Source: Vicugna vicugna (lineage: Eukaryota). Taken from it: a stretch of DNA of 64,000 bases. Position numbers and translations under genes: made by a program. The number at the start of each line of letters is the position of its first letter. The stretch's first letter is position 1. The DNA lies in contig MU058065.1 in assembly GCA_013265495.1 (NCBI GenBank), positions 9,589,720 through 9,653,719 of the forward strand, given 5' to 3'. Positions 24,930-38,550 of this stretch are shown piece after piece. The notes below the pieces were generated by a model. That model had not been told where the DNA came from and did no database searches. It saw nothing but the letters and a program-made list of their open reading frames with translations.

Positions 24930-26800
24930 TTTTTTTTATAAAATTAAAACTCTATTTTATTCCAAGAATTTGAATATACAATAAAGTAGACAGAATAATT
25001 TTATGAACCTATATGTACTTAACACCCAACTCCACCAGTTATCAACTTATGTCCATTCATGGCTCATCTACACCTCTCTCTCCCTTATTTATTTTGAAGG
25101 GATTTCAGATATCACATCATTTCATCCATAAATATTTCAGTATGACTCTCTGAAAGATAAGGATTTTTTAAAACATAAACATTATCAGACCAAAAAATTA
25201 ACACTAATTCCTTATTATCAATATTCACTATTCAAATTTTGAATTGCTTTTATAAATATCATTCCTTTTTAGAAAAGATTTTCATTTGAGTCATCATTCA
25301 AATAATATCCACACATTGTGATTGGCTGATATAACTTTTAATTTTATTTTAATCTATATATTCCTCTCTTTTTTTTTTATCATTGATAAACATGTATTTG
25401 CAAGACTTGACTATACAAAGCTGAAATAAATGTCCTTGTATTTATTTTTCTGGGAACTGATGCTTCATGTTTTCATCTATTTTTTATTGGAGTATTTAAT
25501 GTTTTCAAACTGATTTTAAGAGCTCTTTAAATGTTAAAGAAATGATCTTATTTTTTATATTTATATTATACATATTTTTCCAGTTTGTTGTTTATATTTT
25601 GAAATCTTTTGTGGTGTTTAAGTTTAAAATTTGCATGTTGTCAAATTTATCAAGTATCTGGGTTTCTTTCTCTCTTCTGTGATGCCACCAGCCATTTATA
25701 ATTGATGGCTAGATTTTATAATTTATTAGATGTTGCAAAATGGTAATATTCGATTACTATTTCATCCTTTCTTAATTTACTCACTAGTTGTGATACTTGT
25801 ATAAAGAGGGACACTCTTTATCTACTATTTGGCTACTCAGTGATCCAGTTTATATAAGAAAGAGAGAAAACAAGAAAAATCTCAGTCTAACCTTAAACCT
25901 AAAGGAACTAGAAAAAAGAAGAAGAAAAAAAAGCCCAAGTTCGTAGAAGGAAATAATAAAGATCAGAGTGGAAATAAATGAATAGAGACTGAAAAAATAA
26001 TAGAAAAGATCCGTGAAACTAACAGCTGGTTCTTTGAAAAGATAAATAAAATCCGTAAGCCTTTAGCCAGACTCATCAAGAAAAAGAGGGCCCAAATAAA
26101 TAAAATGAGAAATGAAAAAAAAAACTATCAGGAAGAGAAATTAGGAAAACAATATCATTTACAATTGTATCAAAAAGAATAAAATATCTAGGAATAAATT
26201 TAAACAAGGAAGTAAAGGGCCTGTACTTTGAAACCTGTACGACACGGATGAAAGAAATTGAAAATGACACAAATGGACAGATATACCATGCTTATGGGTT
26301 GGAAATTAATGTTAAAATGTCTGTACTACACAAAGCAATCTACAGATTCAAAGCATTCCCTATCAAAGTACCAAAGGCATTTTCCGCAGAACTAGAACAA
26401 ATAATCCTAAAATTTATAAGGAACCAGACAAGACCCAAACTGCGAAAGCAATCTTGAGAAAGAAAAACAAAGTTGGACGTATCATGCACTCTGATTTTAA
26501 GCCATACTACAAAGCTACAGTAATCAAAAGTATGACACTAACACAAAAACAGGCACATAATGTCAATTAAACAGAATAGAGACACCAATCTATTAAAGGT
26601 ATTCTTATGCTCAAATTATCCCATTTTTGAGCAATGAGAACCTCTTTAAGTTGGCTCTAGAATCCTTTTAACATAACTCTAATAGCTTTTAAGAGTTTTT
26701 TTTTTCATCCCCCTATGAATATGAGTAAATGTTCTAAACTTATCTTGTGGATCTCCTGCCGCAGTCTTGGACTCAGGCATTTTTTTGAAGGGTCTTGTAC
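24930..26800 (-). mobile_element. Old antisense L1 (L1MC/ME-like) fragments hosting a + L1 piece
   Basis: Antisense 3'UTR-like text (ATATCACATCATTTCATCCATAAATATTTCAGTATG...) resuming after ~26600 (CTCAAATTATCCC...AACCTCTTTAAGTTGGCTC). Confidence 0.55.
25865..26590 (+). mobile_element. L1 ORF2 fragment with an internal deletion of the RT region
   Basis: Encodes [21 protein letters not shown] and then jumps at ~26115-26125 to [23 protein letters not shown]...MKEIENDT...KAIYRFKAFPIK. Confidence 0.8.
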
Positions 26801-26809
26801 AGAGAGGCA

Positions 26810-27319
26810 GCAGGATATTTTAAACTTTGAGTGAAACACAGCAAAAATCAACATTTGTTGAATGGGATGTGAACTACCAGCACAGGTATATTCCATTTTC
26901 AACATTATGTAGCGTTATAATAGTTTCAATGATGGCATATATTTGCAGTTCTAGGTTTTTGGTGGTTGCTGGGATAAAAAGCAAGTGGCTCTGGAAATCA
27001 GTGTGGAACAGGAAATGAGGATGGTGTGTCCAATCTGACTCCAAGCTTTGAGAGGCTGTGCAGACCCCAACAGGTGCATATATCCTGTTAGTAAGTAACT
27101 GTCACTATTAAAAAATGAAATAATTTTTTTCAGTTTATGTGTATTACTTTTTTCAAATGACCACTAAGTTGTTAGAAAATAAACACTTAAATTCTTTGGA
27201 CCTAACTACTCAATAAATGAAATTGTTTCATTTTTAAACATTTTAAAAATCTAGGGCTACCAAGAAGAAACTACTGAGACATCAAGACACTGTGAACTGA
27301 GAAAGTTTGGGACCCTCTA
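26810..27319 (+). mobile_element. hAT-Charlie DNA transposon 3' part
   Basis: Frameshifted transposase C-terminus (PFSTL..., IKSK..., VEQEMRMV/SNLTPSFERLCRPQQVHIS) and terminus GAGAAAGTTTGGGACCCTCTA. Confidence 0.7.
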
Positions 27320-29234
27320 GATTAAACTCTCCTTATTTTTATCTGTGGCTAAAAGTTCTCTGTAAGTGTCATCACTGTCACTTTAAAATTTACTTCTGTT
27401 TATTTTAGTAGTAGTATTTTTCATCTGTGTTTATTTTGTAGCAACTCCCTTAAGTCACTTGCCCAACATTTGAAAGTTAATTTAGCTAAAACAAAACAAT
27501 ATAATAAAGTTGAAAGTGGTCACAGTGCTAGCCCAGTAAAATATTAGAATCAATCTGTTTGTTGAGACTTTAACTTGCTTTCTCTAACAACTGGTACACA
27601 GTGCTGCATTACTCCAGGGGCTGATTTTCTTATTGAAAAGCCACATCAGTGAATTTCATTTCAGATGAATCTGGCTGCTCCACTAGGAACAGGTTAACTA
27701 TAATATATCATAATATACTGAAGGCAGGTGAACAAGCGCTGGTGCCACTGTTGACTTCCCGAAACTTCCGCTCTTCCCTCAAGACTGTTTAGGAAATTAA
27801 TGTGCACATGACCACTTAATATACAGAATCAGGCAGGGTGCCAGGGTCAACTGGTATATGAGATAATGGCAAAGCTTAAATACTTCGTTATTTTTCTTCA
27901 GATAAAATAGAATTAATAGTTCTAATAATTTTTCTATGACTCCTGGACTATACTCCCTCTCTTTGGAGATTACTACTCCAGAGCAGTTACTCCATGATCA
28001 CATTTTCCTTGCTACCTACATCTCTTCCTAAGCTAAGCCAATGAAGCTATTGACCGGCCATCAAGGACTTAGGCAAGTCAACTGGGGCCAGGTTTGCAGC
28101 ATTTCCTGACACTTGCTTGGTACAGCCGACCTTGTCTGGTTGTTTTATTCAGAAGTAAGTTAGGTAGCCTTTCTGCATTTCTGAGTTTTCATAAAAATCG
28201 GAGCAGAATATTCCACATGGCAGAATATATTTGAGAACTACTAGGGTGGGTTTTGTTTCCCTTTGTTTGCTCTACCTCCCAACCATTGATTCTCCCACTG
28301 AGCTAACACCCTCTGTGGCCTCAGGAGGCGTTCATTTGTGCCAGCGATGGACAGACACAGAAGAGTTAAGAAAGAAGAAAATGTTATTTGCATTTTTAAA
28401 TGCATTGAAAAACCCATAGTAGAACCAAATCTTGGAAGCCTGGGTGCTTTCAATTTGAAAGAACCTTTTGAGAGAGAACAGGTTTTTTTTTTTAAATTTC
28501 ATAAGCTTCACTTTGAATATTAAGAGCCAAAGGTCTTAAATATTTGTATGTACAGTTTATCCATTAACTATAAGTGTGAGAGAATTCTGCCACCACCTCT
28601 GCCCACTCCTTCAACACACACAGAGAAGAAATATAAAAACCTTTTCTGCACTGAAAATGAAGACAAGAATTCTCAACAGTTGATTAGTCCTCAGCACTCC
28701 CATCCTCCAAGATAGGGAGGGTGAAAGCAACCCTACATAAAGTTTGGAGGATGCTGTGGAAAAGATCTGTGATTCATTTTAAAGAATGTAGCCCAAGGAG
28801 ACTGTCAGCTTCTCGGGGAATCCACTGGCTTGCTTGGTGCTGGCATGGTGGATCAGTAGTGAGATGGGCACAGACAAATGGACTTGCAGGCAGCTTCACA
28901 GGTCTCAGACAGCAGAGTATTCCAATCTCTGAGAAGGTGTCAGGAGTTTGGGTTGAGGGGGTGAGAGGACCCAAAGGGACATGACAGTGGGAATGAGGAG
29001 GATGCAGAGTTCAGGGGCCAGTCAGCTGGAAATCTTGGTGGATATACAGACAATTCATGTAATTTACTTCTGCTTGCTTTATTAATATCTTTCACAACTG
29101 CAGACCAGGCGCCTCATCCCCTGCTGCAATGACTCTACATACACCCAAGTAGAACAAAGATACAGGAAAAGTGAGGAAGGCCTAGAAGCTTGAAATGACT
29201 AAATTAAGATCCTGAAAAAGAGATAATGAAAAAA

Positions 29235-30290
29235 ATGATTTCATTCAACATGCGTTTCTGAATTTCTACAAATGAGCAGAGATAGTTCTAGGGACTGAGG
29301 AAACAGTAATCACCACAGGAGATTAAAAACTTTGCCTTTAGGAGCTTACATCCTCAAGGGGGAGTCTAGACAATAAAAGATAAATTTAAAAAAATACACA
29401 GCATGTTTGACCTTGTGCTATGGAAAGATTAAATCAGGGAAATGGAATAAGTAGTGCTGAGTAGGAAAGTGATGGGCAGTGATCAGGAGGGGAGGTTGAA
29501 ATTTTAAATAGCGTTGCCAAGAAAGTCCTCACTAAGATTGTAACATTTGAGTAAAAACCTGAAGGGAGTGAAGGAATGAGCTATGTGGATAAGTGGGGGA
29601 AAAGCATTCCAGGCAGAATAAACAGTAAAGTGCAAACTCCTTAGCTAAGGCTGGGGGTATGCGTGGTGGGCTGATAAACAGCATAGAAGCCAATGCAGCC
29701 AGCACAGAGTGAGTGTTAGGAGAAGGACTCAGAGAATAACACCAGGAGTGTGTGTGTGTACTGAGATGGGACACATATAAAGAGTTTGGGGGAGAAGAAT
29801 AGCATGATCCAACTTACGTTTAACGAGATTACTCTGGCAGCAGTATAAGAATGGGCTGGAGGATGATTTGAGAGGAAGAAGCAAGGAGACCCATGCAGAG
29901 GCTCTGGGAATGACCCAGGAGAGAAGGGCTGTGAACTGGACCAAGGTAACAGCAGTGGCGCTAAGAGCTGGTGAGATTCTGGGTGGATGGTTAGATGGGT
30001 GGATGCATGGGCAAGTGTAAGGTACAACTTGAACAACATGAAGTACGGAATTATCACGGGCTCAGATGGGAAGACTAAGCAGGAGAGGAAGATCAGAAGT
30101 TGTGATCTGGACTTGTTGAGATACGATGCCTAACAGATATCCAAGTGGAGATAAGGAGGAAGCAGAAGAGCATAAAAGTCTAAGAGTTAATGGGAGAAGT
30201 CTGAGCTGGAGCTATAAATTTGGGAGTCATAAGAATACTGAGATATTTAAAGCCAAGAGACTAGATGAGATACCCAAGGGAATAAATGAT
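29235..30290 (-). mobile_element. L2 LINE fragment
   Basis: TTCATTCAAC tail and typical antisense L2 text (GAAGGGAGTGAAGGAATGAGCTATGTGGATAAGTGGGGGAAAAGCATTCCAGGCAGA). Confidence 0.8.
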
Positions 30291-30299
30291 ATCCAAAAA

Positions 30300-30965
30300 C
30301 CTAGGAGAGAAAAACAGAAGAATGGGGTCATGTCAAAGTAACACAGAAGACAACCTGAAAGAACTGGAATCATTTGAGGAACAAAATAAGTAACATTATT
30401 GGATTATAATTCAAAATGTAAAGTAAACATACACAGGTCCATAATGATAGAAATTAATGACTGAATAAACAAAAAACAAACAAATGGAGAAGACACAAAT
30501 CTTCCTTACAAAAGAATTCTATTTTGTATATATTGATAGTTTCCCCTTGAGGAAGTAGAACCCTCTGTGCCTTGAGGGTGGGCTAGACTTAGTGACTTAA
30601 TTCTAAAAAAAGACTATAGGAAGGGAGAAATAGTAACTTTACATTACAGAAACCTGGAAGATATTGAAAAGTTGTCCCAGGAAATACTGGGAAACTGTCA
30701 TAGACTTGAGGAGGCTAGGGAGACATGTCAAGTAAATGAAATGTGGTACCCTTGGGTCTTGGAACAGAAAGGGTATTATTAGCAAACCTGAGAAATCCAA
30801 ATAAACCTAGGAGATTAATTAATACTAATGTACCACGGTTTTTTGTTTTGTTTTTGGTTAGCTTTGACAAATGTACTACGGTGGTATAAGATATTAATGA
30901 TGGGTGAGGGGTATACTGAAACTCTGCATATTCTTTTCAAACAGAAAAGTTTATTAAAAAGAAAA
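30300..30965 (+). mobile_element. L1MC-type 3'UTR
   Basis: AAAATAAGTAACATTATTGGATTATAATTC...GGGTGAGGGGTATACTGAAACTCTGCATATTC...AAAAGTTTATTAAAAA. Confidence 0.7.
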
Positions 30966-33900
30966 ACCAAAATAACTAGGAGAATGCAAGTATTTCCTCT
31001 CATTCAAAAAAAGTCCTCCCAAGATTATCTATATTAGCTAGAGCTCTGAAGTTATCAAAGAGATTCGTTATGGCTATGAAAATAATCTTGGATAGCACAC
31101 AAATATGGAACAGGTAACCAGAGCCAACATCAGTTGCCTTGGTTACAGGAAACTTGCTGCTTACAAAGAGAAAAAGTCAAGTAGATTCAAGCTTGACCTT
31201 GCTACCTGTGAAGTATAAAAAGGAAAACACCAGTCCTTCCCAGGGAATTGTACAGCATAGACCTACAGAGCCTGGGAGGCTAAGAAGGGGAGAAGGAGAT
31301 CTGTATTGCTGGCTAAGGCTGCTTTCCAGTTTCCACATGTCCTGCTTGTTAATGTGTTTTCCTTGATGTGGGCCCATTTGTTCAGTACTTAAGGATGTTT
31401 AAAATCATTTATTTTATATCTTGTACCCGAGCTACCAAAATTGTTCTAGTAGGTAATACTCATTAATTTATCATTTATTTTATATATAAAACATTTCCAT
31501 TCATTAAAACAACAATTAAAAACAACAACAAAAAGACTGAACATAGTATGGAAACCTAGGGACTTCTGAAACTTAGAGTAACAAGGCATGGAATATGCAG
31601 TGAATTCAATTCCTAGCTTCATCATTGACCATCTACATGACTTTGAATTTATTTCTCTTATTTTTTCAAAATCTTTATTCTCAGATTATATTTGTTTTCA
31701 TTATAAATGATAACTTTAGGGCATGCCATGTTCCCAGGGTCTTTACTCAGTTTTATCATTAAGTAATTTTTTTTTCTCTTGCTTAGTTAGATATAAGTAA
31801 GGCACAATCTAAAATCCCTAAGGGCAACGATACCTTGGAGAAATTGTATTATCTCTTGAGATAGTGATATTTCATTCTTTTAGAATTATATAAACACATT
31901 AATAAAATTCCATTTAAAAACATACAGTGTCTGTTGACAGTAAGGTGAGAGGCAATGATGTCACCACTGACTTTACAATGTCTCCTTTGGCTTATATTAT
32001 CTTTGACATTTCTAGTTTGGGGCTTTTTTCTTTATCTAATAACAAACTTTTTTTTTTAAACCCTTTTATGGATCACTTGTGAAACTAGAGAACAAACAAA
32101 ACCTTTTAAGATAGCATTTAGCTAGCATCTTTCATGCCCTGAGCACAAAATCATTGCTAATTTCCACCCCTTTTAGATTTCAATACATATGAAGATACAC
32201 CTGATGCAGGAAATTCAAGGAGTACAGAGAGGAAGCAGTACTTGAAATCATCCCCATTTATCAATTCCCTAGGTTAAGTACAAGTTTGATCTTAGTGACT
32301 TTGAGTTCTAGTAAGGTATTTTATTTTTAAAATCGTGCATATAGCTCAAGATATAAATTTCTAGTGACTTTAAGGAGTCTAAAGGGGAAAACAAAAGGTC
32401 AGCTGGAATACAGACATGATTCAATGGCCAAAGGACATTTCTGAATCTGTGACTTTCACTTAACAAAATCCAGTTTCTGGATTTTAGGATCCTGGGAATT
32501 TCAGCTCCTTCCCCCTAGGTATACCCCTACGCGTACATGTAATTCAAATGCTGAAAAAAAAAAACAAAATAAACAGAATCATTGACGCTTTTTCATATTT
32601 TTAAGAACAATTAGAAACTGTTTTTTCTAGAGGAATGGAGATGCTGAAGGTTCCCCAACCTTCAGGGGCTGGTTTCTCAATCATAAAGGATCTCTGCCCT
32701 TTGAAGGCTCAAGTTTATCATGTCATGTTTGGGGTTGGTGCCACCAAGACCCCCTCATTCTGGTCACTCACTTGTATCAGACTAGTAATACTCCTTCTTT
32801 TTAGTTTACACTTAGTCAAAGTAAGAGAATATGAAATCATCTGAATGTGCCAAGAACACTATTAGGAAATACTGCTATGGGCAGCTTAAGCTGTCCAAAT
32901 TTTATTGAAACGTCTGTTCTGTATTAGGATATACTCACTTATTTTAAAAGGTGAGTGATTATTAACAACCTTGAGAAAGCTGAATAAGAATCACCAGCTT
33001 CCATTTTAAAAGATTTCTATTCAGTCATCTTGAATAGTATATTTAGAGGATTTTAATAAAACATATATTTTGAATAGTCTAGGTTGGGTAGTAAGTAGTT
33101 AGCCTCTTCTTAGGATTTAAGATAGTTATTAGATAATATGGAGTTAAAACTTGAAATGTAACTAAAAAGGTCTATTTTTGATATTACAGCTATTCTTAAA
33201 CTTTTCAGAATTTTGACATTCCAGTTTGGTTATCCTATTTGTCTGACAGGTTTCTCTGCTTCCATAAATGCAAAGTGCCATGTGGTATGCACATTTATTT
33301 TAAACTACTGTAGATTTGAATTAGCTTTAAATTGTGTGAAGCCTATTGTTCAAGGAACTTTAGGGATTACAGAATCAAGGCAGCAATTAGCAACCAATTT
33401 TGAATGTTCATTAAGCTTCATCTTCGAATACCAACTCCCTGGTTTTAAGTGAATAATTTTGGTAGGAGAAGAATCAGTATTCCACAAATTCATGATGAAA
33501 GACTACTATTGCTCAAGCATAATTATCATGACTGACATAAATACTTGAAAGTAAGTAACAAAATCACTCTCAACACTACCAGCCCATCCTGTATTCGGAA
33601 TTCAATTTGCAGATAAGGAAAATTAGAAAGAAGATGAGAAATGGTGTGCATTCCAATCTGCCATCAAGGTTATTCACTAGTCAAAATCCCTTGTTTTTTT
33701 GGCTTCATCATATACTCAATCTTTTCTAAAACCTGATTATTTCAGCAATATGGCCTTATTTACTAAAATAAAAGTGTTTATCAAGGAGGCAGTTTTTTCA
33801 TTGGGAAAAAAAATTAGAAAAGAAGAAAATCAAGCTATAAAAGATGAAATAATGTGACCAGCCAATTTAAATGATGCTTTGTCTAAGTTTTAAATCTTTT

Positions 33901-34974
33901 CTTTTTCTGCAGCTGAATTAAGCTGTTTCTTTCGTTGTGCATCTTACTGGAGAAAATTTGAGTTAAAAAGTCCTCACAGTCCTTAAACGTGAGCTCTTTG
34001 CTCGAAAGCCTGTTTTCTGGCACAGCACCATGACTGGAGGGTTAGAGGTCATGGTTATCGATAGCCCAACCACAGAAGCTGGAATTTCTACAGCTGTTAT
34101 AGCCGCGTATGTTTTTCTGCTTTAAGTTTCTCTATGAGCTAAATCGCAGAGTCACAGTGTGACCTTGGGCAAATTCGCTTAACCTTTCTGGACATCATTT
34201 TACTCTAAGTGTCTTCACAAAGGTGCTTTCCATTTCTGAAATACAGTTGATAAATTCTTTGACTACAGAGAATTTATAAGTCAAACTGAAATGCGGGATT
34301 CATTCAATCAATAATAAATTATGTTCTTGTTTAGAAGATAAATACATTATATTCAAACAAAATACTCTATTACTATGATAAGCTGTGGTCTGAAGGAATC
34401 TTTTTACAATTTTGAACCAAGAGGGATTTCTCTCTCAGAACAGACTAGACACATTTCTAACACAGTAAAACAGTGTTCCTCCAAAGGCAGCTCTCCAAGA
34501 GGAGGCCTCCTAGTTTAGTTCTGCTAAGGAAAAAATTATCAAAAAATTGGAAATAAAGCAAAGGGATGGCTGTGTGTCCTTTCAGCATCATACTGCAACA
34601 CTGTCTAATAGGCCCACCCAAGACTTACTTAATTCCTTTGAGGGACTATCCTTTTCTTTGACATATTTGTTATTGATTAGGGCCGACATTCAATTTTGAC
34701 ATATTTGTAAGTCATGGCTGTAACATTAAAACATTTCACTTTGATAGTTCATCGTTGCTTTTGCTACCTTCCTACTGCCACCACCTGGAAGAGCAGAGGG
34801 AGTCTATCTTTAAATACTCCTCACTGCTTGGATTCCCATTGCTTTTCCTTTTAATCTGTGTGCTACCCGCTACTTCATGGTGTCTGTTGTAATGACTGAG
34901 TCCAATCAGAGTACATTATTGGCATTTGAGTTTTGAAAGTTTGTGCTTTTGACTATTTTCAAGTAACTTAACAT

Positions 34975-35275
34975 ATAGTGATTCGCAGTTTTGCTGAGGA
35001 ATGAATTTTGGTCGTAAGCATTGCAATACTGACGTGGCTAGAATGACTCACAGAAGTAGGGAGGTGTCTAGAACAGCCTCTGAATTTTCACTTGGCTGTG
35101 TTCTATCTCATTAGCATTCACACAAACTCCTAAAGTGATAAAAACTTAGTTTCTTTGTGTACAATGGACTATAAAAGAAAATTATCTGCTAGTGTTGGTA
35201 ACGGCAGTAAAGAGACGGGAAAGAGATCTAAGAAAACAGTCATTCTTGGCCACAAAGCAGATATTTTGGAGGTAC
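34975..35275 (+). mobile_element. TcMar-Tigger DNA transposon 5' fragment
   Basis: MDYKRKLSASVGNGSKETGKRSKKTVILGHKADIL resembles the basic N-terminus/psq-HTH start of Tigger (CENP-B-like) transposases. Confidence 0.55.
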
Positions 35276-36362
35276 AAAGTACACTGTCAATTCAGTTAAT
35301 TCAACAAAAAAAAAACATGAAAAATGTTAATCTGACCTAATACTCAACTAATTTAATTAAAATAATATATTTAATTAAAATAATGTATTTTACTCTTACT
35401 AAGTTGTCAAAATTTAACAAAAAATGTTGGTATTTCAAGGGTTTGAGATAGGGTTGTTCTTGTGTGGAAGGCAAAGCAATAGAGTGGAAAGGCCCCCAAA
35501 CTTGTATTCATCATGTCCAACTTCAAGTTTTAGCTCTTCTACTAATTAGCTATAGAACCTATACCTAAAATCTCTGGGTCGTAATTCTAGGAGGACATTG
35601 TTTACTGATTTATTGAATAGATTACATGAAGTTCTAGGTTTGAGATAAATCAGTGACTATTATAAAGATCTCTGCCCTCAAAGAGCTTTTGTTTTGCATT
35701 GTAGGAGGAGGAGCTAGGGAGAAAGGAAAGACAGTGAATTAAAAAAAAAACAATCAATACCTTAGAATATGACAAATGACATAGAAAAGTAAAAAAAAAA
35801 AGGGACAGGGTGAGAAGAGAATGGTGGGACATTGTGTGTGTGTGCGTGTGTGTGTGCAGTTGTGTCGTTGCAGTACTAAATAGGTTGGTGACAGTAAGCC
35901 CCCATGATAAGGTGGCATTTGAGCAAAGATATAAAAAGGTTAGGGAGTTAAACAAGCTGGAAATAATATCCACACAGAAGGAGCAGCTTAAGTGTAGGGG
36001 CTGAGGTGGGAGCTTCTCCGGCTTGTGCTCTAGGAAGAAAAAAGGAGCCATGTGGCTGGAGTGGTGTAATCAAAGGGGAGAGCCGTTGGAGATGAAGCGA
36101 TGTGGTGTTTTCAGTCCTATAAGGTCTAGTAAGCCAATGTCTTTTACTCTGTGCCAATGAGGGAACAATTGGGGATTTTGACCAGAAACTAATATGAGAG
36201 TATTTTAGAGGAAGTCAGCCTAGCTGCCAGGTTGAGAGTGACTTGTAAAGGGGTAAGGGCAGAAGTAGGGGAACCATTAAGAGGCTACTGTAGTAGCCAG
36301 GTGAGAGGTGATGACTTAGACCAGGTGGCAGCAGAGAAAGTGGTGAAAAGCATTAGTACAGC

Positions 36363-36612
36363 TGATACAGGAAAAAGTGGGGTGTGCAAGAGGATGGCCA
36401 TGTCCCAGGTCTCAGTTGAGTTCCTGGGACATGCCCCGCCAAGTGAGGGTCTTTGGCTTTGCTCAGGAAGGAATTCAAGAGCAAGCCATAGTTGACTAAA
36501 AGTAGATTTATTTTTAGAGAGATGTACATGGAAGGGAGGGCAGGGTGGTTAAAGTAAAGGTAGATACACACTCCATAGACAGAGTGCAGGCCATCTTGGA
36601 AGGCACGAGAGC
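36363..36612 (-). mobile_element. Partial ERV1 LTR (3' part), same family as 37932-38550
   Basis: Reverse complement shares CTGCACTCTGTCTATGGAGTGTGTA, CTTGAATTC.TTCCTG and GGGCATGTCCCAGGA.CTCAACTGAGACC with the + copy; ends ...TTTTCCTGTATCA. Confidence 0.85.
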
Positions 36613-37931
36613 AAATGTGATGTGTGGTTGGAATGGATGTGGGGTCTGAGAGAAGGAGATAAGTCAAAGAGGACTCCAGGGTTTTTCATCTGCTGAATGG
36701 GAAGGTGGGGTTGCTATTAACTCAGAGAAGGCTGAGGGTAGAGCAGGTTTTGACAGTAAGATCAAGAGTTCAGATTTGGACATGTGGTGTTTCAGATGTT
36801 TACTTTACATCCAAGGACAGACAAATCTGGAGCTAGTGAATGTGGTCTGAGTTGGAGATACACATTTGGAGGTCAGCAGCATATCACTTGTATTTAAAGC
36901 CATAATACTGCTTTTTTCATCAAGGGAATCAGTGTAGTTAGAGAAAGGAACAGGATCAAGGACTGGGCCTTGGGGCATTACAAATTTCAAGGGTCTGATA
37001 AAAAGAGAAAGAACCAAAAAAGGAGATTAAGAAGGAGCAGCCAGTGAGACAGGAGAAAAACAAGAGAATGTAGTGTCCTGGAAGCCAAGTGAAAAAGTGT
37101 ATCAAGAAGGAGGGAGTGACCAACTGTGCCAAATGCTGCTGATAGGCAAGCAAAGGGAGGACTGGGCTGCTGCACTGGCAGATATTGTTCAGAGTGAACA
37201 GTTAAGAGTAGTTTCAGTGGAGGCAAAAATCTGACCAAATTCGGTTTTAATGGACAATGGCAAGAAACAAAATACAGACTGCAGTTATAGATCATCTCCT
37301 GGAGGTGTTTTTGTTCAAAAGGGAGGGAAGAAATGAGACAAAAGCCGGAGAGTGAAATGAAATCCAGAGAAGTTATTGTTTTACTTTAAGTGTTTTTCAA
37401 AGACGGGAGTGACATCAACATCTTGTTTGCATTTGAAAGAAAATGATCCGGCAGACTTCTGGAATGATGTCTTTGAGTAAGCTGTAGGGGTTGTGATTTA
37501 GTGACTAAGAAGGGGCGACGGCTTTAGGTAGGATCACGGGTAGTAACAGGCATGGAGACAGAGATGTGATACCTGTACTGGTAGGCCGGTACCTATGGTG
37601 GGAGGAAGTCTGTGGAGGTTCTCTTGATTGCTTTCCTTTTCTCAGTGATGAAGGATAGTGCAAACAGGAAGTAAGTCTGAATGTTTGAGAAGAGTGAGTG
37701 TGAAAAGGCTGTCCAGGAGAGTGGGAAACTGAATGATCTTGGAAAATAAGGTTGTGATCTGCGTAAGCAGTAATAAGAGCTAACTTGAGGATCCATTCGT
37801 GAGTTTAAAGTGAGACAATTCAGTATAAATGTATCCCTTTTCTCCAGTCACAGTTTTAGGGTGAAGGTTTGGCACAGGCAGAGTTGGATTTTAAACCAAG
37901 ATTCTAGTCTTCCAAGTGAGAATGGTAACAC

Positions 37932-38550
37932 TGAGACGGAAGGGAAGGGGGAAGGCCACAGCCACTCAAGAAAAGACAGCAATTTGACACCAAAATGGTG
38001 GAAGATTCACCTCCTAGTGGGCGTTAAGGATTAAGAGGTTTAATTTCTAGTAGACCTTGAGCTTCATTATATGCTCATTGGAACAGCATGATCACATAAC
38101 ATGCCCGCAGGTGCCATGACAACCCCAAGGCTAATCACAAAAGGCCAAAGAATGGGCGGTGGCCCAATTCCTGGTAATCCCAGCCCCTTCCCCAGGGCAG
38201 TTGGATTGATCCCGCCTGTAAGCATGTGAAGCTGCTGAGACCATAAGAAGTGACAACACCACACCTAGTGGCCCTTTGAACTCTCTCTTCCCTTTGGAGA
38301 CAGGCTGCACTCTGTCTATGGAGTGTGTACCTACTTTTACTTTAACCTGAGCACCCAATTCCCACACCTCTTTCCTTGCCTTTCTCTTGCCTTATACGCT
38401 ATACAGTATGTATCTCTCTAAATAAGTCTACCTTAACTCAACGGTGGCTCGCCCTTGAATTCTTTCCTGTGCGAAGCCAAGGACCCACACTTGGCAGGGC
38501 ATGTCCCAGGAGCTCAACTGAGACCGCCCCACATCTGTTTTCCTGCATCA
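37932..38550 (+). mobile_element. Solo ERV1 LTR (MER41-like)
   Basis: TG...CA ends; MER41-like blocks CCCGCAGGTGCCATGACA, GCACTCTGTCTATGGAGTG and CTCGCCCTTGAATTCTTTCCTGTGCGAAGCCAAGGACCC. Confidence 0.8.

Noticed and set aside
35351..35386. Tandem ATTTAATTAAAATAAT duplication
   Set aside because: A short AT-rich slippage product with no evidence of function.
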